From the IMG/VR virus record IMGVR_UViG_3300008121_000001, positions 29,015 through 93,014 of that record: 64,000 bases of DNA, one strand, 5' to 3'. Origin of the DNA: a virus. Made by a program: the position numbers and the translations under genes. A model generated the notes under the pieces. That model was not told the DNA's origin. It saw only the letters and a program-made list of their open reading frames with translations, and did no database searches. How positions within the stretch are numbered: the stretch's first letter is position 1; every line of letters begins with the position of its first letter. This document shows, piece by piece, positions 18,933-28,187 of this stretch.

Positions 18933-19534
18933 TGGTAAAACATGACATTCGCCTCCGAGTCAACAATCTCATTCGTCAACTAGACTACCCTCAAATCAAG
19001 CTAAAACGTCTTGATGTTGATAAGGTACGCAATTGGTGTTACGTCAATATTCCTAAAGCAGTTTCTAGATTTAAAGATAATCGTTTCGACTTAAACGAAT
19101 CGACAACTTGGGAAGAGCTTGTTTGCTATAACACCATCTTACAAATTTATGGTCGTAAAGTGGCTGTATATTTCACTTTCGGATGGCTCGATTATCAGGG
19201 GGTAAAAGAGTTCATTCAATCTAAGAAGGGGGCAAAGTTCCGCCAAGAGTTCGGGCTTGACCATCACAGTGCAATCTTGCTATCACCCCAGACGTTCTTT
19301 TCTGCCGAGTCGTTAGACGAGTTTTGGGTAAGTTTTGATTTGAAAGGAGGTAGAGGGTATAATTTCCTAGATTACTCCCATTACAATGAGAATGAAGATA
19401 TGGACTCATCTCAATATCAGTGGCTTAATGACGCACTCTCCGAACAAGAGGACGCAAAAATCAAAAACCCTTACCCAGACCTAGACCGACGCACTAAAAC
19501 CAGAAAGAAAAAAGATGTCCCTATTACCAACTAA
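18932..19534 (+). CDS. hypothetical protein
   Basis: 200-aa ORF. Confidence 0.7.
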   Translation: MVKHDIRLRVNNLIRQLDYPQIKLKRLDVDKVRNWCYVNIPKAVSRFKDNRFDLNESTTWEELVCYNTILQIYGRKVAVYFTFGWLDYQGVKEFIQSKKGAKFRQEFGLDHHSAILLSPQTFFSAESLDEFWVSFDLKGGRGYNFLDYSHYNENEDMDSSQYQWLNDALSEQEDAKIKNPYPDLDRRTKTRKKKDVPITN

Positions 19535-19922
19535 AAAATACGCTCGAATCCCACAGCAACAACCTGAACTTGTTGTTATTAAAAAAGAGCCACCAACACT
19601 CATCGAAGTACTTGAAAATGAAGAGTACGACCTTCAATACAAACTCAATCAAATCGAGGAAGCTAAAAGTAGAGAACGTGACCTGAGATTGCGCCTCAAT
19701 GTAGTTCAACAGTCGTTGCAAGCATTTCGCGCTTTGGAAGTTGCACCAGAGCCTGTACAGGAACAATCCACACCTGCGCCTATCGTCAAAAATGTTCGGA
19801 AAGCCGCCACTAGAAAGACGGCAATACCTGCCCAAAGTAGTATTGCACAAGAACCAGTTGTGAGTGATACTGAAAATATCGACCTTGTACACGATGATTT
19901 TTCAACATTTCCTACTAAATAA
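19515..19922 (+). CDS. coiled-coil hypothetical protein
   Basis: Heptad-like central segment. Confidence 0.65.
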   Translation: MSLLPTKKYARIPQQQPELVVIKKEPPTLIEVLENEEYDLQYKLNQIEEAKSRERDLRLRLNVVQQSLQAFRALEVAPEPVQEQSTPAPIVKNVRKAATRKTAIPAQSSIAQEPVVSDTENIDLVHDDFSTFPTK

Positions 19923-19924
19923 CT

Positions 19925-20401
19925 ATGCTAGACAATAGCCCTAACGATATGGATTGGTTGTATTTGCAATTAATTCCTTTCGCATCTATAAATCCAAATG
20001 ATAATTATAAATGTGTAACTAAACAAAGTAAAAGTACTGCAAAAGACTTGGCTGCGACGATAAAAGGTAATCATGCCGAACTTCTTTCTCCTGTAGCCGT
20101 TTTTAAAAACGAGTACATTTATGACAATGTAAAAAACAAGAAGGAATTTATTGTTTCTCTTGGTATTTTCGACCTCGACCCCAGTTCTGCTATCATCACT
20201 GTAACTAAAAACAACAATCTTGAAGTCACTTGGACTGAACGAGCTGGTAAAGGAAAATTCTCTAGTAAGATTCCTAGCTACCTAGTTGCCACTTCAGCAC
20301 CTGTATTAAGCTACGAGGGAGGAGTACTTAACATCTCAGTTCCAGTGAAGTCTAGAAATGAAGATGAAACGGTATTTATCGGTAAGCTTGAATCGAAGTA
20401 G
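19925..20401 (+). CDS. Hsp20/alpha-crystallin-like protein
   Basis: C-terminal YEGGVLNISVP signature. Confidence 0.65.
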   Translation: MLDNSPNDMDWLYLQLIPFASINPNDNYKCVTKQSKSTAKDLAATIKGNHAELLSPVAVFKNEYIYDNVKNKKEFIVSLGIFDLDPSSAIITVTKNNNLEVTWTERAGKGKFSSKIPSYLVATSAPVLSYEGGVLNISVPVKSRNEDETVFIGKLESK

Positions 20402-20462
20402 TAAAGAATTACAAAAACTAATTCTCCCTATCCTTATTGAAAGGGTAAAGCAATAAATTTAT

Positions 20463-20491
20463 AGGGGACGCTGCGGTGTCCCTTTTCTTTT
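20463..20491 (+). terminator. intrinsic terminator
   Basis: AGGGGACGC-TGCG-GTGTCCCTT followed by T-rich tract. Confidence 0.75.
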
Positions 20492-20505
20492 ACTAAAGAG
20501 TAACC

Positions 20506-20640
20506 ATGTTTAACTTTGACCAACTCTACAAATTGATGCTTGAATATCTACTAATAGTAGTATTGACTATTCTTGGTCTTCAAGTTACACTTCTGTTTGT
20601 CAAAACTATTTGGGATTTATATAGCTATGGCAGACCCTAG
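20506..20640 (+). CDS. 44-aa single-TM small protein
   Basis: MFNFDQLYKLMLEYLLIVVLTILGLQVTLLFVKTIWDLYSYGRP. Confidence 0.55.
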   Translation: MFNFDQLYKLMLEYLLIVVLTILGLQVTLLFVKTIWDLYSYGRP

Positions 20641-21265
20641 ACACTACAGTATTTCAATTCTCGAAAACTTCTCAGATAAGCCGCTACAAGAAATTGTACT
20701 TGCAGTTGCAAGAAAGATTGAAAAAGAAATTTCCGAGGATGATTTCACCCTTTGGGATGAGGCTCAAGGTTTGGAATTAGGTACAAACTTCTTAACTACA
20801 GAAGAAGCTTACACTTGGTACAGTGTCGCAGAAGACCTTGCTCTAGTATTCGCAGATTTTCCTGACACCTGCTTCTGTCTCTCTGTCAGCGACGGCGAAG
20901 CTGGTGGTCAGTATCGTATCTTGTTCTTCAATGGTAAATGGGTCAAACAATATCCCGAAATCCACTACGAAGACTTTCGTCCTAATGATTTTGAATACCA
21001 AGTTTCAGCAAAAAAATCTTTACTGGATGAGCGCATTACTAAGATTGCCGAAATGATTGAGAGTGATGTAACTTCTCCTTTTGACCAAGCTGTAGACGCT
21101 CTTGTCAAAAAGAGTCTTTCTATTAATCAGGACAATCTTGCTGAAGTTATAGCTGAGATGGACAGACGTATAGAAAAAGCTTTTGGGCATTGCAGAAAAG
21201 AGGTTACTATAACTACTACAGACGTGCCTAATAACCTAAAATCTGATAAATGGGAAAAATTATAA
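20627..21265 (+). CDS. hypothetical protein
   Basis: ATG at 20627 (MADPRHY). Confidence 0.7.
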   Translation: MADPRHYSISILENFSDKPLQEIVLAVARKIEKEISEDDFTLWDEAQGLELGTNFLTTEEAYTWYSVAEDLALVFADFPDTCFCLSVSDGEAGGQYRILFFNGKWVKQYPEIHYEDFRPNDFEYQVSAKKSLLDERITKIAEMIESDVTSPFDQAVDALVKKSLSINQDNLAEVIAEMDRRIEKAFGHCRKEVTITTTDVPNNLKSDKWEKL

Positions 21266-21275
21266 AGGGAGAGAC

Positions 21276-21755
21276 ATGATGCTTAATACAATACCACAAG
21301 GCGCTAACATTCTCGATGTTGACCTCACTAATCCTGAGAACTCCATTTTCATACCTGTGAACTGTGTTGGAGTTATGGGTAGAGGTTTAGCCCTTGATTT
21401 CAAGAAAAAATACCCAAACCTAGTTTGGCAATATGAAAATCTTTGTCAAAAACATTATCTTCAGGTCGGTTTCCCTGAGTTCATCTCTTTCGATGGTTCT
21501 TGTTTAAATATTGTTCTTTTTCCGACTAAAAAACACTGGAAAGACTCTTCCCAATTACACTGGATTAAATCTGGGTTACTGGAATTATCTGTAAGTGCTA
21601 ACTTAGACTTCCAGTATTGGCGTAAACAAGCTCGCAATCTACATATACCAAAACTTGGTTGTGGTCTTGGAGGTCTTAATTGGGTTGATGTACGCCCTTT
21701 GATTGCACAGTTTGCAGATATGATGCCTGAACATGAGATGTATTTATATGAGTAG
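21276..21755 (+). CDS. macrodomain ADP-ribosylglycohydrolase (DarG-like)
   Basis: PVNCVGVMGRGLA.DFKKKYP; FPTKKHW..S; IPKLGCGLGGLNW..V.PLI. Confidence 0.88.
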   Translation: MMLNTIPQGANILDVDLTNPENSIFIPVNCVGVMGRGLALDFKKKYPNLVWQYENLCQKHYLQVGFPEFISFDGSCLNIVLFPTKKHWKDSSQLHWIKSGLLELSVSANLDFQYWRKQARNLHIPKLGCGLGGLNWVDVRPLIAQFADMMPEHEMYLYE

Positions 21756-21758
21756 AAT

Positions 21759-22211
21759 ATGTTAGAAAGTTTGCCAACTGAGCCAGAAGAAGTTAAATTA
21801 GTCATCATTGATGATGAGTTAAACAAGCTTTATATTGACACTCAACATCTACTACAGAAATATAGCTCTCTTGTTTCTGAAAATACTCCTCTTCTAGTCA
21901 ACCAAATTAAAAAAGCTCTGAAAGATTTGGATTTTATTTTTGAAAATCTGAACTCTGAAAGCGAGGAATGGGAAATTAACTCCTGTAAACGCAAATACCA
22001 ATATTGGCACAAACAACTCACACATTTCGATGAACTATTTATTCCCGAAATCATTGAGAAATATCTCGAAGAAGAGGCGGAAAAAGAAAAACAAAGCGAA
22101 TTAGAACGTGAAAAACGTTACCAACTAGAAAAAGCAGAAGCTGAAAAAGCAAAATTAAATAATAGATGGATTGACGAAATGCGTGTCACCTACTACAATA
22201 ATATTTTCTAA
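21759..22211 (+). CDS. hypothetical protein
   Basis: 150-aa charged helical ORF. Confidence 0.65.
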   Translation: MLESLPTEPEEVKLVIIDDELNKLYIDTQHLLQKYSSLVSENTPLLVNQIKKALKDLDFIFENLNSESEEWEINSCKRKYQYWHKQLTHFDELFIPEIIEKYLEEEAEKEKQSELEREKRYQLEKAEAEKAKLNNRWIDEMRVTYYNNIF

Positions 22212-22229
22212 TGCTTAAGGAGAAGATAA

Positions 22230-22607
22230 ATGTCACGAACAAAGAAGCATATTGACCTCAAGTTCCTAAGATGCCTCCATAAACGTATTAAGTTTCTCGG
22301 TAACCCAAATACACACCGATTTGTGGCTTACTTGCTCAAATTGCGACGTAAAGTTAGTCGTAAGTATGGAGGGACTAACTGGGGCGATAATCAGAGGGTA
22401 GATACCAAATACAACTTTACACCTAAGTATCGCGCAATGAAACGTGCATCTCGTCGAGAAGCCTTGAAACAAGCACAACAACAACTTGAGGAATATAAAG
22501 ATGAGGTAGACTACTTTAGACGAGTGCAGATTCAACGTGATTGGTTGATTGATGTACTTGGAGAACCAGAAGAAGACTTTGACCCAGCAGGAGGTTATTT
22601 TGATTAA
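22230..22607 (+). CDS. basic hypothetical protein
   Basis: AAGGAG RBS upstream. Confidence 0.65.
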   Translation: MSRTKKHIDLKFLRCLHKRIKFLGNPNTHRFVAYLLKLRRKVSRKYGGTNWGDNQRVDTKYNFTPKYRAMKRASRREALKQAQQQLEEYKDEVDYFRRVQIQRDWLIDVLGEPEEDFDPAGGYFD

Positions 22608-22624
22608 ATTAAGTGGGTACAACG

Positions 22625-22828
22625 ATGAAGTTTAAATTGCTTGCAGATTTTAATTCTGGTGCTGATATTATTGTCCTCTTATTACTTAGGGTGATGTTTA
22701 CTTTTGTATTCAAGTCTTTTAAGTATTGGTCTTGGCATTTTCGCACAGATACTGGTACTAACAGTGTTTGGTTCACATTACCCACTTTTTCTGTGATTAT
22801 TGATTGGGATAGAACTCATGAAATTTAA
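22625..22828 (+). CDS. hypothetical protein
   Basis: ATG at 22625. Confidence 0.5.
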   Translation: MKFKLLADFNSGADIIVLLLLRVMFTFVFKSFKYWSWHFRTDTGTNSVWFTLPTFSVIIDWDRTHEI

Positions 22829-23108
22829 ACTCCCGCCACGATTCAAGATTTTTCACAATGTCAGTGAAGACTACTATTTCATCAAAGAACGATTCTGTTT
22901 CTTTTGGTATCTCAGGGAAAAGACAGGCAGAGAACTTCAATCTTTTATCTGGAGAAAACAAAAAATGAAAATAGAGAGTCTCCCTCAACATGTAACCAAA
23001 TACGATACTCTCGAAGAAGCTAAATCTAAAATTAACTTTCTTCTTGAGTGGGAAAAACAATCTAATACACCTGATGAAATCAAACTAGTGAAAGAATATG
23101 ATATTTGA
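22818..23108 (+). CDS. hypothetical protein
   Basis: ATG at 22818. Confidence 0.6.
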   Translation: MKFKLPPRFKIFHNVSEDYYFIKERFCFFWYLREKTGRELQSFIWRKQKMKIESLPQHVTKYDTLEEAKSKINFLLEWEKQSNTPDEIKLVKEYDI

Positions 23109-23313
23109 AGAAGAAGCTCTAGAACATCTCGAAGATTTCCAAAAACACTACTTAGGCTTTATAAATCCTCTTGCTTTTGATAGCGGATTTAAGAATAGCC
23201 TTGTTGCTCTAACTGCAATTGTTCTCAAGCAACAAAAAGAAATTTCTGAGTTGAAAGATTATGTTGAAAACCAAAAACAAGAAGCTAGATTAGCATTTGA
23301 GGATTGGAATTAA
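23098..23313 (+). CDS. hypothetical protein
   Basis: Coupled ORF. Confidence 0.6.
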   Translation: MIFEEEALEHLEDFQKHYLGFINPLAFDSGFKNSLVALTAIVLKQQKEISELKDYVENQKQEARLAFEDWN

Positions 23314-23613
23314 ATGATTACAACCCTTGAAAATAAAACACCTTCAGATTTTGAACATCAACTACAACTTTGGAATTACCACTACTCTGACCCTTCAGAC
23401 AAGTTTTTCAAATATGTAGGTATGGGAATGATGGTACTTGATAATACTTGGAATCTCTCATTTATTATCAGGGGTATGAATGGCAAATTACTAACTCATC
23501 ACAGTAAGCAAATTACGGAGTCTATCGAATATTTGCCTTGGGCTGAAGCTGAGGTTTTTAAAAAGTATCTTCAACTACCAGAACCACTTATGTTACATAA
23601 ACCATGTACATAA
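23314..23613 (+). CDS. hypothetical protein
   Basis: Coupled ORF. Confidence 0.6.
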   Translation: MITTLENKTPSDFEHQLQLWNYHYSDPSDKFFKYVGMGMMVLDNTWNLSFIIRGMNGKLLTHHSKQITESIEYLPWAEAEVFKKYLQLPEPLMLHKPCT

Positions 23614-23861
23614 TTCGTAAATCTTCTAGGAGTGGCAATACTCCTTATGCTTGTGGACTTACTTGTGAAGAAGCTGGTGTACCTTGTGAATACACCTATA
23701 AAGATAAGAATACAGCTATTATTGATGCTGAAAAACTATCTAAAGTAAACCCTATAGGTTTTGATGTTATTAAAATCATTAAGAAAAGAGGTAAATCCCC
23801 AAACTATATTCCTTGGTCTGTCAAAATTTTATGCTGTATAAGGAAATTTAATAGTGAGTGA
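23604..23861 (+). CDS. hypothetical protein
   Basis: Coupled ORF. Confidence 0.55.
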   Translation: MYIIRKSSRSGNTPYACGLTCEEAGVPCEYTYKDKNTAIIDAEKLSKVNPIGFDVIKIIKKRGKSPNYIPWSVKILCCIRKFNSE

Positions 23862-24357
23862 CACTCTTCACATAAATAAGATTGTTAATACAAGTAAACT
23901 CGATAATTGCGAAATTACTTGAAAATGCGAAGGTCGCCCAAGAACCCCATCTCAGTCTTGAGTCCCACCCCGTAATCGTCCAAGCACCACTATTCCTATC
24001 CAACAATAAGCTACCAGCACCATTTCTCAGCGTTGTCTGTAGGTTAATGGTGCTGTTTTGTGTGAATACCACTCGAACTTGCTCTACGCTCGTAAAGTCG
24101 GCTACGGTCGTCCCTGAAGTGGTTGTGACGCTCGTAATCGTGTTTAGTTTGTTAGTAGTGTTATTTGACCTGAACCATCTGCCAGCACCAACCGTAGGAG
24201 CGAATATCTGCCCTGAAACAACAGCGTCAGCAGAGGTTGCATCATAAATGAGCCAAGACTTCAATTCAATGCACACAACCGCAAAACTTTGAGGAATCGC
24301 ACTAACATCAAGATTAAGAATTTCAGTAAGTGTAGAAAAAGAGATAGGATGAGCCAT
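23848..24357 (-). CDS. virion/tail-fibre-associated protein
   Basis: N-terminal domain ending PTVGAGRWF, shared with the 47246 protein. Confidence 0.65.
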   Translation of the reverse strand: MAHPISFSTLTEILNLDVSAIPQSFAVVCIELKSWLIYDATSADAVVSGQIFAPTVGAGRWFRSNNTTNKLNTITSVTTTSGTTVADFTSVEQVRVVFTQNSTINLQTTLRNGAGSLLLDRNSGAWTITGWDSRLRWGSWATFAFSSNFAIIEFTCINNLIYVKSVTHY

Positions 24358-24359
24358 GT

Positions 24360-26129
24360 TTATTCTCCGTAAAAAACGTCAGGAATATAGTCTCCAGTGT
24401 ACCGCGCAGTCTTGGTGACTCTTAGTTGAGCAATTTCAATCCAACTTCTACTGCGGAATAACGAGGTGTTAAGATTTGCTACTGCACTGTCTTGACTATA
24501 CAACCTCTTGATGCTAAATTCCGAGCTTGACGAGCTTGTATTCATCACTTCGCTGGTTGTATCAGTTGCTTCTAATTCGCCATTCAAGAATAGAGAACAA
24601 GTTGTGCCAGATTTTACAAAAGACACATCAACTATCGTGCTATCGGGGATATCAGTCACACCATCCAAAGTAAAGCTGCCGAAAGCAATTCTGAGCTTGA
24701 GGTCATAGATGCCCCACGTAAAGCCACCTTCAACATCAATAATCGCACCTCGCGTATTGCCAGAAGGATTGAATATTTTAGCTTCGAGCGTGACATTGCC
24801 AGTTATTTCTAAATTGCTGTTGGTATATCCAATGTGCGAGTACTTATTGAGCCGTCCTGACGCGATAAGAGGTTGAACCGTAACATTCGACGTAAAACTA
24901 CGCGAAAGGGTGTACTGGGCAAAATCGGCATCGCTGACGTTATACTTCAGTAGCAAAACAGTGGAAGCAGTGAGTGTATCATTGGGTGGAACGTCATTGG
25001 CAGAAAAAGGAGTGCTGGCTGCTGTATTAATGGTAAGTTGGCGCAAATATCCTTGCCAACTCTGGGAAGTCCATGAAGGTGTTCCTACTGCATTTTTTAA
25101 GCTACCTATGCACAGTGGCTCGGTTGAGTTGTTGTTGAAATTATTAGTTGCTTTAAGATGGGTGCTCAGGACTCCATCGATAAATATTTTGTAGACTCGC
25201 CCGATTCTATTAATGACAACGCTATGCTCGGCTATATCGTCTGGAAGGACACAAGAGAGCGTGTTACTACCAAAGATAGCAAACAAGGTACTATCAGTCG
25301 CTACACCCACATAAAAGCCAGCACTGGAAGAGCGATGGCTACCCAAGATACATCCATAGTTCCCTGCGGTCATCTTGGCAGAAAAGAAGGAGATGGTAAA
25401 GTCAGTTTCGTTGAGGTCGATTGCCGATGTTTTCGTCGCCTCAAGTCTGCCCCCTGAAAGGATTAGACGGGCTTTGACTATGCTCGGAGTGCCGATTGTA
25501 TTGCCGATTGTTGAGATGCCCGAACCTGTATATGTAGTTGTTGATGATGCGAACGCCAAATACAATACTTCGCTGGAAGGGGCTATCCAATTTATTTTCT
25601 GCACCATAGCGACTGCGCCAGCAGGAGTGATATTGTCGCTGTAGTCGATATTTGCGTAGAGTTTATTGATGTATTGCAGTTCTAAGACTTGCTTTCCAAA
25701 ATATGCCGTGAGCAGTGTTACTAGACTATATTGTTTGGGTAGCGCAAAAATATCAGTGAAATTCTTGATTATGTGACCGTTTGAGATAAGCTCGATATAG
25801 TATTTTGTGTACTTGCCAGCATTGAGGATTGTAAGTGTAGTGTTGGCAGCTAGGGTGATGCTGATGTACTGTGTGACGCTAGCTAGGTCAAGTGAGTATG
25901 TGTCGGTTGAGATATTTATTGAGGTCAAGTCGTATGCGTTAATACTGTTCTGGGGAATGTACTCGAAGCCAGAAGATGCATTGAGACTGTTAGCCGCCTC
26001 TGTAAAGATTCCCCAACATTTGCGGTCAAAATTAATTAAAGGCGTATTTGCAGGTAATAACAAGGAATCTAGTGCCGAAAGCTCTAAATCACTGTTTATC
26101 GTATAGCCGTTGCGAGGTGGTCTGCTCAT
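24360..26129 (-). CDS. tail fibre/virion protein with two LamG-like domains
   Basis: DFTISFF..KIFIDG..WQGYLRQL; VTLEA..LFLNG..IAQLRVTKTARY. Confidence 0.8.
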   Translation of the reverse strand: MSRPPRNGYTINSDLELSALDSLLLPANTPLINFDRKCWGIFTEAANSLNASSGFEYIPQNSINAYDLTSINISTDTYSLDLASVTQYISITLAANTTLTILNAGKYTKYYIELISNGHIIKNFTDIFALPKQYSLVTLLTAYFGKQVLELQYINKLYANIDYSDNITPAGAVAMVQKINWIAPSSEVLYLAFASSTTTYTGSGISTIGNTIGTPSIVKARLILSGGRLEATKTSAIDLNETDFTISFFSAKMTAGNYGCILGSHRSSSAGFYVGVATDSTLFAIFGSNTLSCVLPDDIAEHSVVINRIGRVYKIFIDGVLSTHLKATNNFNNNSTEPLCIGSLKNAVGTPSWTSQSWQGYLRQLTINTAASTPFSANDVPPNDTLTASTVLLLKYNVSDADFAQYTLSRSFTSNVTVQPLIASGRLNKYSHIGYTNSNLEITGNVTLEAKIFNPSGNTRGAIIDVEGGFTWGIYDLKLRIAFGSFTLDGVTDIPDSTIVDVSFVKSGTTCSLFLNGELEATDTTSEVMNTSSSSSEFSIKRLYSQDSAVANLNTSLFRSRSWIEIAQLRVTKTARYTGDYIPDVFYGE

Positions 26130-26207
26130 CTCATTATTATACCTCTAGAGGGATTCATAGAAAAGAGGTTGCAGGTAATATTGAGTGGTTAATCACGAGC
26201 AAAGCCA

Positions 26208-26444
26208 ATGAATACTAGACACTTATATATACTCCAAGATGGTAGGGTTCTTGTACTTGAGCATATTGTAGCTATAGGCAGCATTTACCCCTCGCGAGAT
26301 GAGGGTATGTTTTTTCAAGTGGATATGCTTGGTGATGTTTGCTATTGTTATCCAAATGTTGAGTTTGAAAAGACTCGCTCAGCATTGCAGAACTACAAAA
26401 CAACTGAACGTGCCGAACTTATTAAAGCACTCGCAGCAATTTAA
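26208..26444 (+). CDS. hypothetical protein
   Basis: ATG ORF after divergent intergenic region. Confidence 0.6.
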   Translation: MNTRHLYILQDGRVLVLEHIVAIGSIYPSRDEGMFFQVDMLGDVCYCYPNVEFEKTRSALQNYKTTERAELIKALAAI

Positions 26445-26445
26445 T

Positions 26446-26802
26446 ATGCTAACAAAAACACTAAAAGTAGGCGACGAAGTTTTCGTAACTCAAAAAGGAT
26501 TCCGCAACGAAATTACAAGCTTGGGAGTTTTTCCGATTGCAAAAGTTGGTAGATTATACTTGCACGTAGAAGTCAATTACTCTGCCCCTGAAAAGTTTAA
26601 TTTTAACGGTGTAGGCACAGACAGTCGTTATGAGTTGTGGGATAGTGAAGAGTCTTATAAAACTATCACTAAAAGGCAAAAAGAACGTGCATCAAAAATC
26701 AAACAAATTCAAGCTATAGTCTCTGATTATAAATTTGGAAATAACTTGAGAGATGAGGCGCTTGACGAAATTTTGCAATTAATAACATCACAGGCACATT
26801 GA
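26446..26802 (+). CDS. hypothetical protein (SH3-like beta barrel)
   Basis: MLTKTLKVGDEVFV..IAKVGRLY. Confidence 0.6.
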   Translation: MLTKTLKVGDEVFVTQKGFRNEITSLGVFPIAKVGRLYLHVEVNYSAPEKFNFNGVGTDSRYELWDSEESYKTITKRQKERASKIKQIQAIVSDYKFGNNLRDEALDEILQLITSQAH

Positions 26803-26996
26803 TGAGAAAGCCTAAAAATTGTTGTAAAACAAGAATAATGGGTTATCAGTATGAGGGTTACTACGTTATCCAAGAACGTCTATTCTTTTGGAGTTATACT
26901 GACCTAGTGTGTTGGGTTAGAGATACGGGGTATCGGACTGAAGTATATAAAACGCCCCCAACTGAAAAGCTAGCTGAACTGCTTAAGTATGGCTAG
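26799..26996 (+). CDS. hypothetical protein
   Basis: Coupled ORF. Confidence 0.5.
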   Translation: MMRKPKNCCKTRIMGYQYEGYYVIQERLFFWSYTDLVCWVRDTGYRTEVYKTPPTEKLAELLKYG

Positions 26997-27036
26997 AGGT
27001 GCTAGAATCATTAAAACCTAGCAACAGGCGAAGATT

Positions 27037-27744
27037 TTGGCTAAACGACAAAACCAATCATCCACTGCTCTATTCGATATCTCAAAGCTACTCACAGTTA
27101 AGCCACTTACTGAAAATCAAACTCGCGTTTTTGATTATTGGGGTGAGAACTACAATCTAATACTAAGCGGAAGCGCAGGTTCAGGTAAATCCTTTCTTGC
27201 GCTTTTTCTTGCTCTCAAGTCATTCTTGCTCCGTAAGTATGAAAAAGTGATAATCTTCCGTTCGACTGTACCTACCCGTAATCAAGGCTTTCTTAAGGGT
27301 TCACTAGAAGAGAAGCAGCTCCCCTACGAAGATATATATCGTGCAATTTTCGCAGAACTTTTACCTACAATCCCTAATCCTTACGATGTACTGAAAAAAG
27401 AGAAGACTGTAGAGTTCAAAAGTACATCTTTTGTAAGAGGTCTTACCATCGCAAACTCGATTATCGTGGTTGATGAGTTTCAAAACTTAAATTTTCACGA
27501 ATTATCTTCAGTAATAACTCGTGTAGGTGAAGGTTCAAGGATTATATTTTCAGGGGATTTTTGGCAATCAGATTTCAAGTACGATGATGAGAAGGAAGGG
27601 GTCTTAAAGTTCTTGAAGATTCTCTCATCTATGGAAGAGGATTTCAAAAGAGTGGACTTCCAAATTTCGGATGTCGTAAGGTCGGGACTTTGTAAACGTT
27701 TCCTTCTCGCAGAGCATGAACTAAGGCAGTCTAGTAACGCTTAG
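27037..27744 (+). CDS. phoH: PhoH-like ATPase
   Basis: PLTENQ, GSAGSGKS, GFLKGSLEEK, FVRGLT, VDEFQN, TRVGEGS, GDFWQSD, DVVRSGL. Confidence 0.93.
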   Translation: MAKRQNQSSTALFDISKLLTVKPLTENQTRVFDYWGENYNLILSGSAGSGKSFLALFLALKSFLLRKYEKVIIFRSTVPTRNQGFLKGSLEEKQLPYEDIYRAIFAELLPTIPNPYDVLKKEKTVEFKSTSFVRGLTIANSIIVVDEFQNLNFHELSSVITRVGEGSRIIFSGDFWQSDFKYDDEKEGVLKFLKILSSMEEDFKRVDFQISDVVRSGLCKRFLLAEHELRQSSNA

Positions 27745-27961
27745 AGTCTTCTGGAGTAGGGGTTGGTGCATCTACAGGTGCATCATCCTCTCCATCGTCA
27801 TCCCAAAAAATCTCTGCAATGTCATAGAGTTCAAACAAGAGATTTAAGTGAGTTTCTACCATTTCGCTAGTCTTCTCGTTTAATTCAATGAGTGCTAAAT
27901 TTTGGGCTTTCGCTATCAGCTTTATTTGATTTTCAATGATAGGATTTAGGTCGGTTTCCAT
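27731..27961 (-). CDS. acidic hypothetical protein
   Basis: 76-aa ORF downstream of RHH gene. Confidence 0.6.
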   Translation of the reverse strand: METDLNPIIENQIKLIAKAQNLALIELNEKTSEMVETHLNLLFELYDIAEIFWDDDGEDDAPVDAPTPTPEDSKRY

Positions 27962-27985
27962 GTTATTTCTCTAGGGGTAGTTTTA

Positions 27986-28132
27986 TTATACTGTTGTTTC
28001 GGGGAGGGAATCAATCCAGTCTTCTAGAACTGCGGTCATTTTCTTATCCTTAGACTCAGAGTACTTTCTAAGTTTTTCGAGTCTTTTTTCTGATAAGTTT
28101 GCGTTAAATCTCTTGCTTTTGTCAATACTCAT
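27986..28132 (-). CDS. ribbon-helix-helix DNA-binding protein
   Basis: KRFNANLSEKRLEKLRKYSESKDKKMTAVLEDWIDSL. Confidence 0.75.
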   Translation of the reverse strand: MSIDKSKRFNANLSEKRLEKLRKYSESKDKKMTAVLEDWIDSLPETTV

Positions 28133-28187
28133 AATCTGTATACGATATGTTATAATCACATTATACATTAAAAAGTGATTACGTGCA

